DNA of 52,197 nucleotides from Rotaria socialis (Eukaryota): NCBI GenBank assembly GCA_905331295.1, contig CAJNYD010000339.1, positions 1 to 52,197 of the forward strand, read 5' to 3'. Shown piece by piece: positions 1 to 12,402 of this stretch (position 1 is its first letter; each line of letters starts with the position of its first letter). The notes under the pieces were generated by a model. It saw only the letters and a program-made list of their open reading frames with translations, ran no database searches and was not told where the DNA came from. The position numbers and the translations under genes were made by a program.

Positions 1-59
1 AGGTATGGTATAAGTAAAAACTCAATTTTAAATTATTTTAAATTTTTATAATATCTTAG

Positions 60-412
60 CGTATAACAATCGACTTCAACATAGATTTGGCATGCATCCA
101 CAGCTATGGAACTTTATTCATGTTCTTAAAGGTGAAGAATCATTGGTGATGATGAGAACAAAACAAATACGGAGCGGTAATTATCGTGAAAAAATGATCT
201 TATTCTCAACCAATACTCAACGAGCAGGAAAAAAAATTAAAAATTTAGCTCGTCTATATGAAATAGGAACAATCGGTTTGAAATAATACATAACAAGTTT
301 ATCTTTTTTTGTCGGTCAATCAGCATCAATAAAAACCAAAAAACAATCTTGTGTTCAAGATTCTACAAGTGTCGCATCTAATACTGCTGATACTGCAGAT
401 GGTGGTAATTAA
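60..412 (+). pseudogene. 3' end of a MULE/Mutator-like transposase with a premature stop
   Basis: After intron 3-59 (gt..ag) the frame reads (A)YNNRLQHRFGMHPQLWNFIHVLKGEE, like the MULE motif ExxNNR..HPxxWxFIxxLKxEE. TAA at 284-286 is followed in frame by YITSLSFFVG to a stop at 410-412. Confidence 0.7.
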
Positions 413-699
413 AGATTTCTGGGACTTGAATGTATTTTGATTTATGTATTCATATTGTTTTTGTTAAGAAAACGTACGTTGTGATTAGACAATTTTCTCT
501 AAATATGCTGTTTATTACAAATTTTTGTTTGTTCACTTCCATTCTTATAGGCCTATCTATATATTCAAACTTTTTTTGTTATTTATTATTTTCTTTCATT
601 ATTTATTGGATGTTGTTGATAAAGAAATAAATTAATATATCTGAGAATGATATCTGATATCTATCAAATTATTTCTTTGTGGTCATCGGAAACAATAAA

Positions 700-953
700 A
701 TCTAAAAGTCAATTGTCCACTGTAGCAGAATTTGCTGTATTCAAACGTCGAAATTCTGGTGGAAATTCGACCATCAAATAAGCAGCAAAAATGATTGTCG
801 TTGCAATTCCTTGTGAATTTCGACAATATTGGAAATTAGACAACGTTGTCGAAATTCCGATATAATTTCGAAAATTTTTGAATTTCTACTGGAAAATCGG
901 CAATGTCAAAATTCAGATTTCGAAATTCTTGTTGCCGGATTTCCAATAAACCG
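700..953. mobile_element. Probable right terminus of the MULE element, with repeated GTCGAAATTC-like motifs
   Basis: Several gtcgaaattc/gaaattcga/tttcgaaat motifs ending ...ttccaataaaccg just downstream of the transposase. The partner end is outside the window. Confidence 0.5.
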
Positions 954-3103
954 ATTTAATGAATAAGTAAGTTCCATTTTCAAGTGAAGAGTTTGTACCT
1001 GAAGAATCGATTGTTTTTCTGAGTTTAACAAAACTGCAGTGGGCTGGAAATTGTGAAATATGAGTACTGTGTGGTATGGGGGGTTAGGCAGAGTAGCAGC
1101 TGCTAGGCGTGAGTGGCCCCCCGTAGGGGCGCCGATGAATGGCTAGCTTCTGCTTTACTGATGGAGTGAACGGTCAGAAGGAATATAGATGTGTAAATAT
1201 ACCTCGACTATCTAGATATAAGTGGTTTCAAAATTGCTCAAAATATCATCAAATTACAGTGTTACACTGAACTCAAGGATAAATTACCTTTAGGGGTCGC
1301 TGATAGGGGAACTGCATTCAATGGGAATCATACCTTGGTTGTTTTCGCTTTCATCGACTCAATGGAAGGTTTAGCTCTCTCAAACCACTCAGGAGAATCA
1401 TTATTTTCAAGAAGAGGTAGCTTTTTACAGTCTCTCGAAAGATTATTTTCATATAACTGTCTGATTTATATATTCATCATTTACTTATTTTGTAGCTTGC
1501 TCAAATAGGAATTTCGATCGCGAAAATTGAAATCTTTCTCCACAGGTTCGACACGACTTACTTTATTTTGCTTTAAAGTTTTAAATTATAGCTAACTATT
1601 CACCAAACTGATTTTGTTTATGATTCATTCTTAAGTTGGAAAGGCTGGATGTGGCGTTGTAAAGTGCCAAGTTATACTTCCTTTCTCTTGTGATGCACAG
1701 TAAAATGGCCATAAGCATCGAAAGGGAACGGAGTTTAAAACTCTGTTTGATAAAAACTTTGGCGATATTTCTAACTGCATTTTTAAGCGGTCGTGGATTC
1801 TACGTCTTCTCTGATGATGAGGTTAAAATGATTCCCTGAAACATTAGACTCCAACTACGTATTAGCTGTAGATCATGTCTACTTTGATAAACCACGATGG
1901 AAGTTGTAGTGTGGGTGTTCCTTAATGCGGCCACGCATGTCTGAAAATGTCAGGCTGATCGAAACATCTTAAGTGGTATCATTCTTGATAGGTTGGTGAT
2001 TTAAGCCACATAGCTTACTATTCCTCTGTCTATGAAATTGGCAGCTCTGCTTGTATGTACTATATGATTAGTATTAGCATGATATTGTATACATTGTACC
2101 AATTTTAGCGACCTGTTGGTCCTTAAATCACAGTGTTATCAGATGAATTTAGGACAGAAATAAGAGTGAAAATTTGTATAAGATGCAGTAATCTAGCATC
2201 AATTTTTATGCCAGAGTCTAATGTCATATTCATTCTTTTTCAAATACTGGAGATTAGTGTTGTTGAAGCTTGGAAAGCAGTAAATTATATCGGAAGAGCA
2301 CAACATATAGTCGAGGGTCAAGCGAGTCTAAGCGACGAGCGTTACTTGTATGTAACTTGTAAGATTTAACATACACGTTTTAATACAATCATCATCTTGA
2401 ACATTGCGAAATGTAATATTAACAATGAGAAGTTTGATTTCAGCATCAAATCATTGTCAAGAAAAGGTAATCTTTTTATTTACAAGAATGCCTTTACACA
2501 ACTATAATTTATAACTATATATTATTCAAATTCGTGTCACATCGTATATGCACTAACAACATTTATAATCACGAATGATCCTGATCGTGATATATTATTT
2601 CCATCACAAAATTACAATTACTTCTTTTGTAAGTTTAATGATGAATTCTGTACCTCTTAAATGCTCAAGTTTAACTTTTGAATAATTTCACTGAGAAAAG
2701 ATAAATTTGATTTATTTTCTTTTATATTTATTTTTCTAGATATATTTTATATGTATACAAAAATTGCTCAATATTTATGACTTATTTTTCAATCTTTCTA
2801 ACCGATAGAGCACCTCGAGTTCTATATGGAACCGCAGTGTTTTACTTGGAAACTGCTCCTGACCGAATCACGACGATTGTTTATTGCGTTTAGCACATGG
2901 TTTTTGCAGTAATTCAGGTTTTTTGACTAAATAAAAGGACATTTTCGAAAAACTAATCTTTTGAATCGGATAGAGCTTTTCAAGATGTACTTGGAAACTG
3001 CGTGCGCCAATTGGAAACGTTTCCTGGCCGAATCGCGACAGGAAATAGTCGAATCCTGACCTAAAATATCCTACGTAATAAAATTATCTTTTACTTTATT
3101 TAG

Positions 3104-3430
3104 ATTCGGTCGAACAATTGACTCAACCACGGTAAGTATAAGGTTTGAAATAAAATTATGCCTTGTTTTATTTGAAGTCATCGAACAACTTGTGCAACAA
3201 AGGTAAGTATAAAATTCAAAATAAAATTTTATGTTTTCTTTTATTTAGATATGATCAAAAGGTTGGTTCAACAACAAGCAAGTATTCAATTGTACATATG
3301 GTTATCTTTTATTTTATCTACATGTCGTCGTCGAACAGTTGGCTCAGAAATAAGTAAGTAAAAAATTTATAATAAAATGATTTTTTCTTTTATTTAGAAT
3401 TAGTCGAGCAATTCATCGAACAGTAAGTAT
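3104..3430 (+). repeat. Five ~73-bp degenerate units, each a 25-30 nt exon-like core plus an intron-like spacer
   Basis: Donor-like gtaagta/gcaagta at 3132, 3203, 3278, 3354 and 3423. Acceptor-like ttatttag precedes three cores. Four of five cores share TCGA(A/G)CA. Confidence 0.6.
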
Positions 3431-3513
3431 TTCTTAACCATTCGGAAGGATATATGAAAGGGTTTATTATTTTCCTAAACCCTATCCTACACCCTTTGGA
3501 GAGATTTAGGAAT

Positions 3514-3801
3514 CCCAGGTGAGCAAAAGACGAGTAAAAAGACTAGTCGCATATTTAGTCATGACGGGGCGTCCAGTCTTTTTCTCAAAAAGTCCTAGTA
3601 CATGACTAGTCCGACCACACAGTGGATGGACGTCGTAGTAGTCAATAGGTCTAGTCTTTTTCTCAATAAAGACGCGTCTTAGACTAGTGAAAAGTCGAGA
3701 AATTGACTAATATACTGACATGTCAGACTAGACAAGACAAATACACTGACGTTTTAGACTAGACAGGTTGCCTGTCATGCCCTCTTTATTGCTCACTTGG
3801 G
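3514..3801. mobile_element. Non-autonomous CMC/EnSpm-type MITE
   Basis: TIR cccaggtgagcaa / ttgctcacttggg, 2-bp flanking duplication AT, many internal gactagt motifs. Confidence 0.75.
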
Positions 3802-4811
3802 ATGTTCCATGTACGGTAAAAAGGGTTTGTGATACGTTGCACTTTAATAAACCCTTTTAGAGTTAATTATTTTACGTCTTTTTTTACAGTGTACAGTATT
3901 TTAGCCACTATAGATAATAAAATATATCACTGGAGGATAGATGATTCGGAGTGTAGTCGAGCGTGAATTTATATGATTATGCGTTACTCGATTAAGAAAA
4001 ATTTTGATTTGTGAGGCTTTCAACAATCAGTTATTTGTCTGTAGTTTCTTTTTTTTCTAAATAAGAATATTATTTTATTCAAATTCTAAAATGTAATCTT
4101 AGAAAAAAATTTGGTTAATAAACAAAGAACGCGTGGCTGCATGATACTATGAAAAAAAGTATATAACATTCTCTCGTCAATATCAATGATGTCAGTGTTT
4201 TATCTGTTCAACATCGTAAAAAGAGAATGGTGTATACACAATAAACATATGAAAATAATTTTTTTCAGTGTGTAATTATATATCGATAAAATTCAGCATT
4301 TTGATTTTTCCTTCATCGATATGAAAATAATATACGATATGAACCTAGTATTCATAGTAATTTTATAAGGCTATTCGACATAAACAGAAATATCTTGAAT
4401 TTGTTCGTCGCATCTAGTTTCAGTTATGTACAAGACTCAAATTTTTATTAATTGATGGATAAATGATAGTAACCGATGGATCCCAATTCTATTGCTGTGT
4501 GCAATATACAAATGAATTTAACTCGTGGTTTGTTTGTATAGCTGAAGTAAGTTCATTAAATTGTTTTCTTAGTTTATTTCCCACCTATAGTGCAAAACAA
4601 ATTTAAAAATTGAATATCTGTTTTATTGAATCAGGTGATATTAAATATTTGATCTTAAACTGTTTTGATATAGTCAAAGAAAATATAGGTACAACCTCCA
4701 AATTACTATCAAAAAATACCTTGTACTATCGTACACTTTTGGAGTTATAATATATATTAGACTAGAGAGAAAGATATCAGAAGAAGCAAGAAATTTTATT
4801 ATAGGAATGCC

Positions 4812-5214
4812 TATCATTTACCTCAAAACTGGTTACCACAAATCAAATCCCCATTTCGGGTAATCAAATGAATATAGTGAGGATATTGATTTGTAATTTT
4901 TTTTTAATTGGCTAAACATAAGAAAAACAGTTTTACGATGAATCTGGTGACCAGAATGTATCTTGGGTTACCATAACGAAGAAGTTTTGGGTAAATCTGG
5001 TGATGAGAATATATTGTGGGCCACAAAAACCTACACTTTATAGTAACCCAAGATATATTCTGGTTACCAGATTCATCGTAAAACGGTATTTTTTACGCTT
5101 AGCAAATTCAAAACAATCACTAAATCAATATTCCCATTTTACTCATTTGATTATCCTAAATGGGGATTTTATTTGGGGATTGATTTGTGGCAATCAGTTT
5201 TGAAGTAAATAATA
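4812..5214. mobile_element. Foldback element/MITE with ~170-bp inverted arms
   Basis: tatcatttacctcaaaactggttaccacaaatcaa... is mirrored by ...ttgatttgtggcaatcagttttgaagtaaataata. Inner arms ttttacgatgaatctggtgaccagaat / attctggttaccagattcatcgtaaaa. TA at both ends. Confidence 0.8.
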
Positions 5215-5624
5215 ACCTACCAAAGATTTTGATGGGCTAAGCTTAAAATTCTGCTTATCTCGCTTCAATTTTTATTCATACAAAATAATTTCATTGTTGG
5301 ATGATTGTTCTCGCCAATGTAGGCGGCAAATTTGTATTGCTGGATGTGTTGTTAAACATGTGAGGAGTAAAAATAAACAGAGAAATACTCGATCAATATG
5401 CGAAGGATACTGAAATATTTTCTTCGTGATTATTCATGCGATGAGATGAAACCACTTTTTATCGTCCCGCTATTACCTTCGTTACTTTTATCATTAATCA
5501 CTTTTCTTTCATACCCCCACGTTCGCCAATCGAAAAATTGACGTACTACGAATGCAAGGGATACAGTTCGATAATTTTGCTTGAAAAGTAAATAAGAGAA
5601 AGTGATTTTTTTCTTACAGTGGTG

Positions 5625-5656
5625 TATAAAAGAGAATGTAATACAGGCACTCAGTC
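5625..5656 (+). promoter_or_regulatory. TATA box plus initiator of the secreted-precursor gene
   Basis: TATAAAAG at 5625-5632 and TCAGTC at 5651-5656, canonical ~28-bp spacing, about 70 bp upstream of ATG 5724. Confidence 0.65.
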
Positions 5657-5723
5657 TCACTGTCAATCTTATAATTACAATTTTAATTTCAACAACGACT
5701 GTCAACTGCAAGAGTTAGTGATC

Positions 5724-6344
5724 ATGAACAAGTACGTGTTTGTAACCGTTATGTTGGTACTCATTGCCAAAAGTTCTATGGCAAGAGAAAAACACAACAA
5801 TGATGATGGTGATGATGATGAGCTCATGGAACGTAAATTCACTGCTCGTGAATTAATTGCAGCACTTGCTTACAGGCAATTCAGACAACGAGATCAAAGC
5901 TCCTCCCCAACTAGCGAATTCAGTACCTTTCCAGACAACTCAGATGCAAGCGAATATTTGAGTAGCTATGTACCATCAAATGGCTGGTCAAGTATAGAAT
6001 CATCTTTTCAACAAGACGAACCTAGTCTATGGCACAAATACTCCAGTTCCATCAGACGACGATCTGAAAGCAGTTTGTTTCCAGATAACCTTCCAGAGAG
6101 CTCAGATGCAAGCGAATATTTGAGTAGCTATGTACCATCAAGTGACTGGTCCAGTATAGAATCATCTTTTCAACAAGACGGACCTAGTGTGTGGCACAAA
6201 TACTCCAGTTTCATCAGACGACGACTGGGAACTAGCTGGTTTCCAATCAAACGAGCCCACAGTGCTCAAAACATCCGTGAACTTCATGTGCGTCGTCAAT
6301 CAAATGATAACCAACGCCGATATCATCGTTCTCTCTCCCAATAG
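5724..6344 (+). CDS. Secreted 206-aa precursor-like protein with two 54-aa repeats and basic cleavage sites
   Basis: Signal peptide MNKYVFVTVMLVLIAKSSMA, acidic spacer DDGDDDE, 162-bp duplication (5939 vs 6101), RRR/KR/RR sites, AATAAA at 6430. Confidence 0.75.
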   Translation: MNKYVFVTVMLVLIAKSSMAREKHNNDDGDDDELMERKFTARELIAALAYRQFRQRDQSSSPTSEFSTFPDNSDASEYLSSYVPSNGWSSIESSFQQDEPSLWHKYSSSIRRRSESSLFPDNLPESSDASEYLSSYVPSSDWSSIESSFQQDGPSVWHKYSSFIRRRLGTSWFPIKRAHSAQNIRELHVRRQSNDNQRRYHRSLSQ

Positions 6345-8643
6345 AGTATTAAAGCAATTTAAAAGTTACTTCATTTTTAATTTAATGACTTATTACGAAG
6401 CTTTCTTTATCAACTGCATAACATATTTGAATAAAATACGAATTAAAAGACTCTTAAGCATGATAAATGCATTTCATTTTATATTATATTGTTTCTTTCA
6501 AGTCATTAGATTTACTTTAGATTCGATTACGCAGCTTAAACCATGCATCTTATTCAACAATATAAAAACCGTATAGTATAGGCTTTAATTAACAAAATGC
6601 TTATTTTTACTGCCAACGTCTCTTTAACTAATACTAACAGCATAATTTTTATTCAATTATCAATAAAATCTTCTATCTGGTTCACATCTAACTATTCTTA
6701 GTTAATTACTTCAGTATGTCGTTTTTCAACAAAGATTATTATCATTGCCAGTGTGTACTTTCTAAGAACAATCATGCAAAATGAATTGAAGAGTCCACAT
6801 TAATCAATCACCTTGAGAACAGAGAAGAGATGCACAGAATTTTTAATTCGTTATTGAAAGATAGAAAGCATGAAGTTTTATTCTATATATACAGTGCAAC
6901 AATAGGACGACAATATGTAAACAAGAAATACTTTTCAAAAGTATGAAAATGAATGATGTTAAAAATATAGGAGAATTTACTTTCTAAATCGCAACCTCGA
7001 AAATTGTTTGATATCTTGCTTTTTGCAATATGTTGTTGAAATCAATTTCAAAAGATTGATTATAATGGAAAACGATATAGAACTGAATCAAGACCTTCAC
7101 TTCGAAAGATGTGACAATAAAATCAATATGATAAACTGCAGAGAAAAAATAACTAGTACATTTGACTTCTTCATAAATCTGAACCTGATCAGTAACTGGC
7201 CTGGAAAGTATGCCAGAATTTCTTGACCGTTTGGTGTAATATCAGGTTGTCTTGAGGCACGGGGTTGATGCCGCGAATCAATGAATGTCATAGATATGTA
7301 AGGTATTTGAAAAACAATGCATTATCTGCTATGTACTGAAATTAGAATTGGGGATTTCAGCATGTGAACTTTAGTAAAACGAAGATAAGACTAACATCAC
7401 CATTCCATCATCTACGATTTGGTACTTTGCACTCGAAACTTATCCTGATTGATATTTTCAATAAGGAACTAGATACAATCAAAGTCGTACAGGTACAACT
7501 TTGAATCAAAATAAAATGGCAAAAACAACATATTCAACTGTATATTCTTATTCGTCTCTATTACTTACATGAGCGTTTTAAGGACATTATGTCTAATTCT
7601 TCAAGTACGTGGACATTTTAACGTTAAAGATGTATTTATTTTCGATCTTCTTTCTTATATAACACGCAGTATAAAACTTTCGTTTGATGTAACGTGAGTT
7701 AAAAATATTAATAAGTTTTGTTTTATTCTCAGTTAGGAGAAAATAATCGAATGAATCTTTATTTTACAAACAAGCTCAAAGTGAATCGGCTGTGTCGACG
7801 AAGAAAACAAACAACCGAACGAGCTTCCTTTGTTGAAGAAGAGAAAAAAAAGAGAGAACAACAAGAATAAAGAAATCAAGATGAGTCAAGGTGTCGACAA
7901 ACTATATAAGAGAAATGAAAGAAAAAAAGAAAGAAGGAAAGAACGAAACTGTTATAACGCAAGACGATATCGGACAACACTTATAAGAGATGAAGAATCA
8001 TCCTCATGACTTATTATGTAACACATTCACAGCGCAAATACATGTGAAGCTATCGTACATCGTACTAATTATGTCAGTCTTTTGTTTTTCTATATTTATT
8101 ATTTAGAACAAAATAGCATTGCCATAGTTTTTAGATTTTATGATCATTTTAGCAGATATTATAGGCTGAAGGTAAAAGCCATATTTATATATTATCAATA
8201 TATTTTTTATTATAAATAGTGACTATCAAATTTATACAAATATAAGATCATTTGTTGTTCCTTTGTGTATTTCTCAAAACCTAGATGAGCTCGATTGATC
8301 TGATTTTCATCAGATAATAGCATATAAGGTTCAGTAGGAGAGTAAAATATTACATGATAACCAACTGACTTATTTAGTTTTATTAACGACGAAGTAGCAA
8401 CATGCCACTTTTCTTTCAAGCAAAGTTGTTACACTATTTGCTTTAGCAAATTTTAACTATAGAAGAACAAAAGACAATAATTATGTTTACATGACGGTAA
8501 GTTTATTGCAGTATCTAGTCTCTAATGATCACGAACACTACAAATTTCATAAGATATTCTATTTGTACAGATGTGACACTCAAAAGTTAACTGTCTTTAA
8601 TAAGATCTGAAATTAGAATATTGCTGCCTCTGATTGATGTATA

Positions 8644-9262
8644 TGTCGCAGGAGAAATTAGAATTTTTAGTTTCTCCTAGGTGAACTTAAAATTTCAATT
8701 TTTACTGGATTTTTTCAAGGAAAACTTAAAATTTTAGTTTCTCCTAGGAGAAACTAAAATTTTAAGTTATCCTATAGGAGAATTTTAAATATTCCTTAAT
8801 ATATAAGAGTATCAACTTCATATTTTTATTTCCCCTATAGGAAAAACTAAAATATCTTTTACCTCTAATGGAATCGATAAAAAATCAAAATGAAAGAAAA
8901 ATGTACACCTAAATAAACGTCGCATATATCATTTAAGTGGATATTCACTCTCTTATTTTCATGGAAGAATTTTATAAATCACTTGATAAATATATTGAAA
9001 GTTTAAATCACAAATTTCAAGACAAATTTTCTATAAAACAGTTATTGTATGATGATATAATATTGGTTCTCCAAGATGGTTGGGGAGATTCTCAGCTTAA
9101 ATTCTGGGTGAATAAGAATTTTAAAACAATAAAAATTGGTGATCAGAATGTTGTATACGATATTAAATCTAATCATCCTGTTGTTACACACGAAAATTAA
9201 ACATAAAAGTAATAAAGTTGACATTTTTATATTCAGGAAAATTTTTAATTTCTCCTGCGACA
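8644..9262 (+). mobile_element. Internally deleted Ginger2/TDD-like DNA transposon
   Basis: TIR tgtcgcaggagaaatta / taatttctcctgcgaca (TGT..ACA ends), 4-bp duplication TATA (8640-43, 9263-66), subterminal repeats aaattttagtttctcctagg. ORF MEEFYKSLDKYI..LKFWVNKNF..PVVTHEN resembles the N-terminus of KRBA2/SCAND3-like integrase-type transposases. Confidence 0.75.
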
Positions 9263-10234
9263 TATACATGAAACAAAAAATATTCAATTTTTGATTTTAA
9301 CATCAAAATTGCTTCATCAACACTTCCTGAGAACTCTTTTTTTTTTCTACACGACCGTTTTCGCTGGCCCATTGTGACCAAGTAATTTTACTATTACTAT
9401 TTGAAACATTCTCCTGAATTTTTTCTGAAAAGGAATCTTTACAAATAGAACAACACCCAAACATGCATTCTTCGTTATTAGTACTACAAACTAAACTATC
9501 AGTAAATGTTGACAAAGATGAGCTGTGTGTTCCATCAACGTATTTATCAACATCTTTCAACAATAATCGTACATTTTCATGATACACGCATAGACAATTT
9601 CGATGTGCTAAAGCAGATTTCGAAACAACAAATACTAGCCTTAAATCAGCAAATGATGAACGACTTAAATCAATACTTTTATTTTCATCTTTAAAAAATT
9701 CATACGTTTCACGTAAATTATTAATCAAAATTCTTTTTTGATATGTTACTTTTTTTCCATCGTCGTCCTTGACAACGACTGTGTCTCTTTTATCTGGTAG
9801 TTGATATGATATATCATCTCGTTGATAAAAATTATGGATATCAGTTTTTAGTTTATCAGCAAGTTGAAGCGTGATACGTTGATGTTTTGATTTAAGAACC
9901 AAACCAAACTTTTCAGTCAGATACTGAATTACAACTTTTTTTTTCGATCGCATTTAGGAAGCGAAGATTTGACTTTTTTCAATGACTTACTGAATGACTG
10001 ACGAGTTTTAAATGAAATCGAAGAAGGCTTATTGATTAAACGTTTGATTTTATTTTCTCTACACTTTCGTTGACGAAGTTTTGCTTTACTGCGCAATTCA
10101 GTTAAGCTTGCTCCTGACAATTTCGTTTTTATTGAGTTATTTCGAGCGCGAGCTTGTGCTTTCGCTGTTTCATATTTCACACTATCTTTTGTTTCTCGAT
10201 ATTTTTTCATTTGTTCAGCATTAGTTTTCGCCAT
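9263..10234 (-). pseudogene. Truncated, frameshifted DNA transposase (probably Sola2-type)
   Basis: Three ORFs join through A-runs at 9936-9944 and 9337-9346: MAKTNAEQ..; ..CLCVYHENVRLLL..C..CMFGCCSIC..WSQW..; ..FLFHVY. Cut at FHVY by the Ginger2-like element; the catalytic core is absent. Confidence 0.7.
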
Positions 10235-10744
10235 ACGAACCTTGTAATCGGAACAAGTACTTACCGTGGTAAAAGTAATTTCAACTGTACGTTGAACAAG
10301 AATAGAAAGAAGAAAGAAAAATTTAGCTTAGTTTTTCTGTGCAACTGTATCTTATCGTATAGATGGGAATGATTCTTCTTTTTCTTTCTCGCCTAGTTAT
10401 ATATGATGAACGGAGAAAAGAAAATAACGGTTGCTTATTTCGACCGATAACCACGCGACAAACTTATACACTCCTCGTGTTCAAGAGATAAAAATATGTT
10501 TATTTTTCTCAGTATAAACACCTGTAGTTCAATGGCAAATTTCATGCTGATCTCGAATACATATCGATCAGTAATATTAAAATTAATCATAGAAAAAACA
10601 TCGTAAAAACAACAAAAACTAGAAATTTTCGAGATACTCACTGCTAGACAAATACAGAAAGGTCAAGAACAACTTTAAATTCATGAATTCACTATTTGTC
10701 GATCATAATATTGAAATTAGTTCTCAATTATTTAAAGTAAAAAT

Positions 10745-10790
10745 AGCACAAAATATTAAGTTTGTGTCACAGCGTTACGTTTATCTACTC
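10745..10790 (-). mobile_element. Probable terminus of the Sola2-like element
   Basis: The minus strand reads GAGTAGATAAACGTAACGCTGTGACAC (GAG terminus) ~550 bp upstream of the transposase ATG. Only an 8-bp tgtgacac inverted match is seen at 8572. Confidence 0.4.
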
Positions 10791-12402
10791 CAAAAGAAAA
10801 TATTTTTTAAATAAAAAGGAGTGTGTTAGAATCACCATAATAAGTTAGCAATGGTCCACTAGTTAGTTTTATTCTATTCTGTAAGCTACTAGTTCAAATT
10901 TGAAAATAAGGTCCATTTAGTAACGCTGTAACGGTAAAATTGGTGAAGTTTTATTTTGAGAATTTTTCCATGCAGGAGAAAATATTTAAATTTATTCTTT
11001 AATCAAAAGAAAGGCTGCTCTATATAGCTCACAAAACTTTTGATATTGAACTCTGGAAGTAAAACATCAATGTGCATCGTTGATCGCAGAGCAACAGTAA
11101 AAAAACTGCAATTGACCATGCAGTTATTAACACATCATGCATTCATTTTTAAAAACTAACAACGATAATTTTTTGATTAATAAAATACACTTTCTTACAC
11201 TTTCGTGTATGCTCTACAACGTGGCATAAAGGTTGATTTCGAATATTGAAATCAAAACCTAATCACTGAAGTAGCGCGTTACGTGGACATGCCGACATAT
11301 AATAATTACATAATTGTGTTAGCTGTTTGTTTTGTTCTTTTTTTCTCTTTCTTCCTCTATCTTCGTAATTGCAATTGTAATTGTATTATCTTTTAATGCT
11401 ACATATAAAAAACTAATACGTGATTATACACATTTCTATCTAATTGCATGAGAGGTCGATTCTATAGTATTAGAAACTCAAAATATAATTTGATTTTCAT
11501 TGAAAATTAATACCTTGTCGTGTTAATGCTAATATGAATTACTTGAAATATCTTTTGAATTGCTGACTCATCAAAAGGTTTTGCTTGAAATATTTAAAAT
11601 TTTGATTTTTTATCTTAAATGACAAAATGAGGAATAGGAGGACCATTCTCATACCAGGTTTAATTTTATTCACACCAATGTTAAGGATGTGGGTGTAAGT
11701 GATGGTTAGAGATTTTGGATTCGAGAATTTCTTCCGTTCCACACCCTCGGAAAGATATTTTATCGTCAGTTAAGGCCTCAATTTTTTCTGTTGTAGACCA
11801 TAAGAGAGAAAAAACCATAACCAGATTTGCAACATAGAGCACGCTGGAAAATTTTTCTGATTACTAACCATCGTGTATACGTAATAGGCAAGCCATGAAA
11901 ACAAAATCGAAGAGAACGAAAACAAAATGAAAGATAATTTCCAACGAAGGAAACACACTGTTTATACAGTTTTATTTTTTTTTTGCATAACTTGAGTATG
12001 TGTACGGATGAGTGCACACAGCTCGTCACATTTTCGAAAATATATAAAGGTATATTTATTGCTATAACATTACAAATAAAAAAAAACAGTAAACTACGCC
12101 GCAATTCTCATTGGAGACATGCAGTGTTTTGCATCAGTATAAAAAGTAAGTTATACAAGAATTTAGCCATTATACGAGTATGGAGACTATTTGCGCGTAA
12201 TCGAGGTGGAACAAACTGATTCCGATACTTGAAATAGATTTGAAATCAATAGATGCCACTTGAAATCATCTGATATTACTCGAAATCAAAAAAACAGTTT
12301 ATTTCCCTTCCGTGAGGTGGAGGGGCTGCATATTTAGTGATGCAATTCTTATTGCCTTCATGTACACAGATAAACACCGACACTTTCATGTTTTTATCTA
12401 TA

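Noticed and set aside
1490..1560. GGTTCGA T-loop-like motif suggesting a tRNA or SINE
   Set aside because: No cloverleaf or acceptor stem; the context looks like a splice acceptor (tttctccacag).
1805..1985. Hammerhead-ribozyme-like cores (ctgatga..gaaac at 1811; ctgaaaa..cgaaac at ~1941)
   Set aside because: Stems I and III cannot be formed convincingly, and the second lacks the conserved G of CUGANGA.
7097..7400. Possible minus-strand coding remnant (..PDITPNGQEILAYFPGQLLI)
   Set aside because: Looks coding-like, but I recognise no family and cannot build an exon chain.
11539..12219. Cluster of hydrophobic short ORFs
   Set aside because: No recognisable motif and stops in all frames; may be a decayed gene but cannot be supported.
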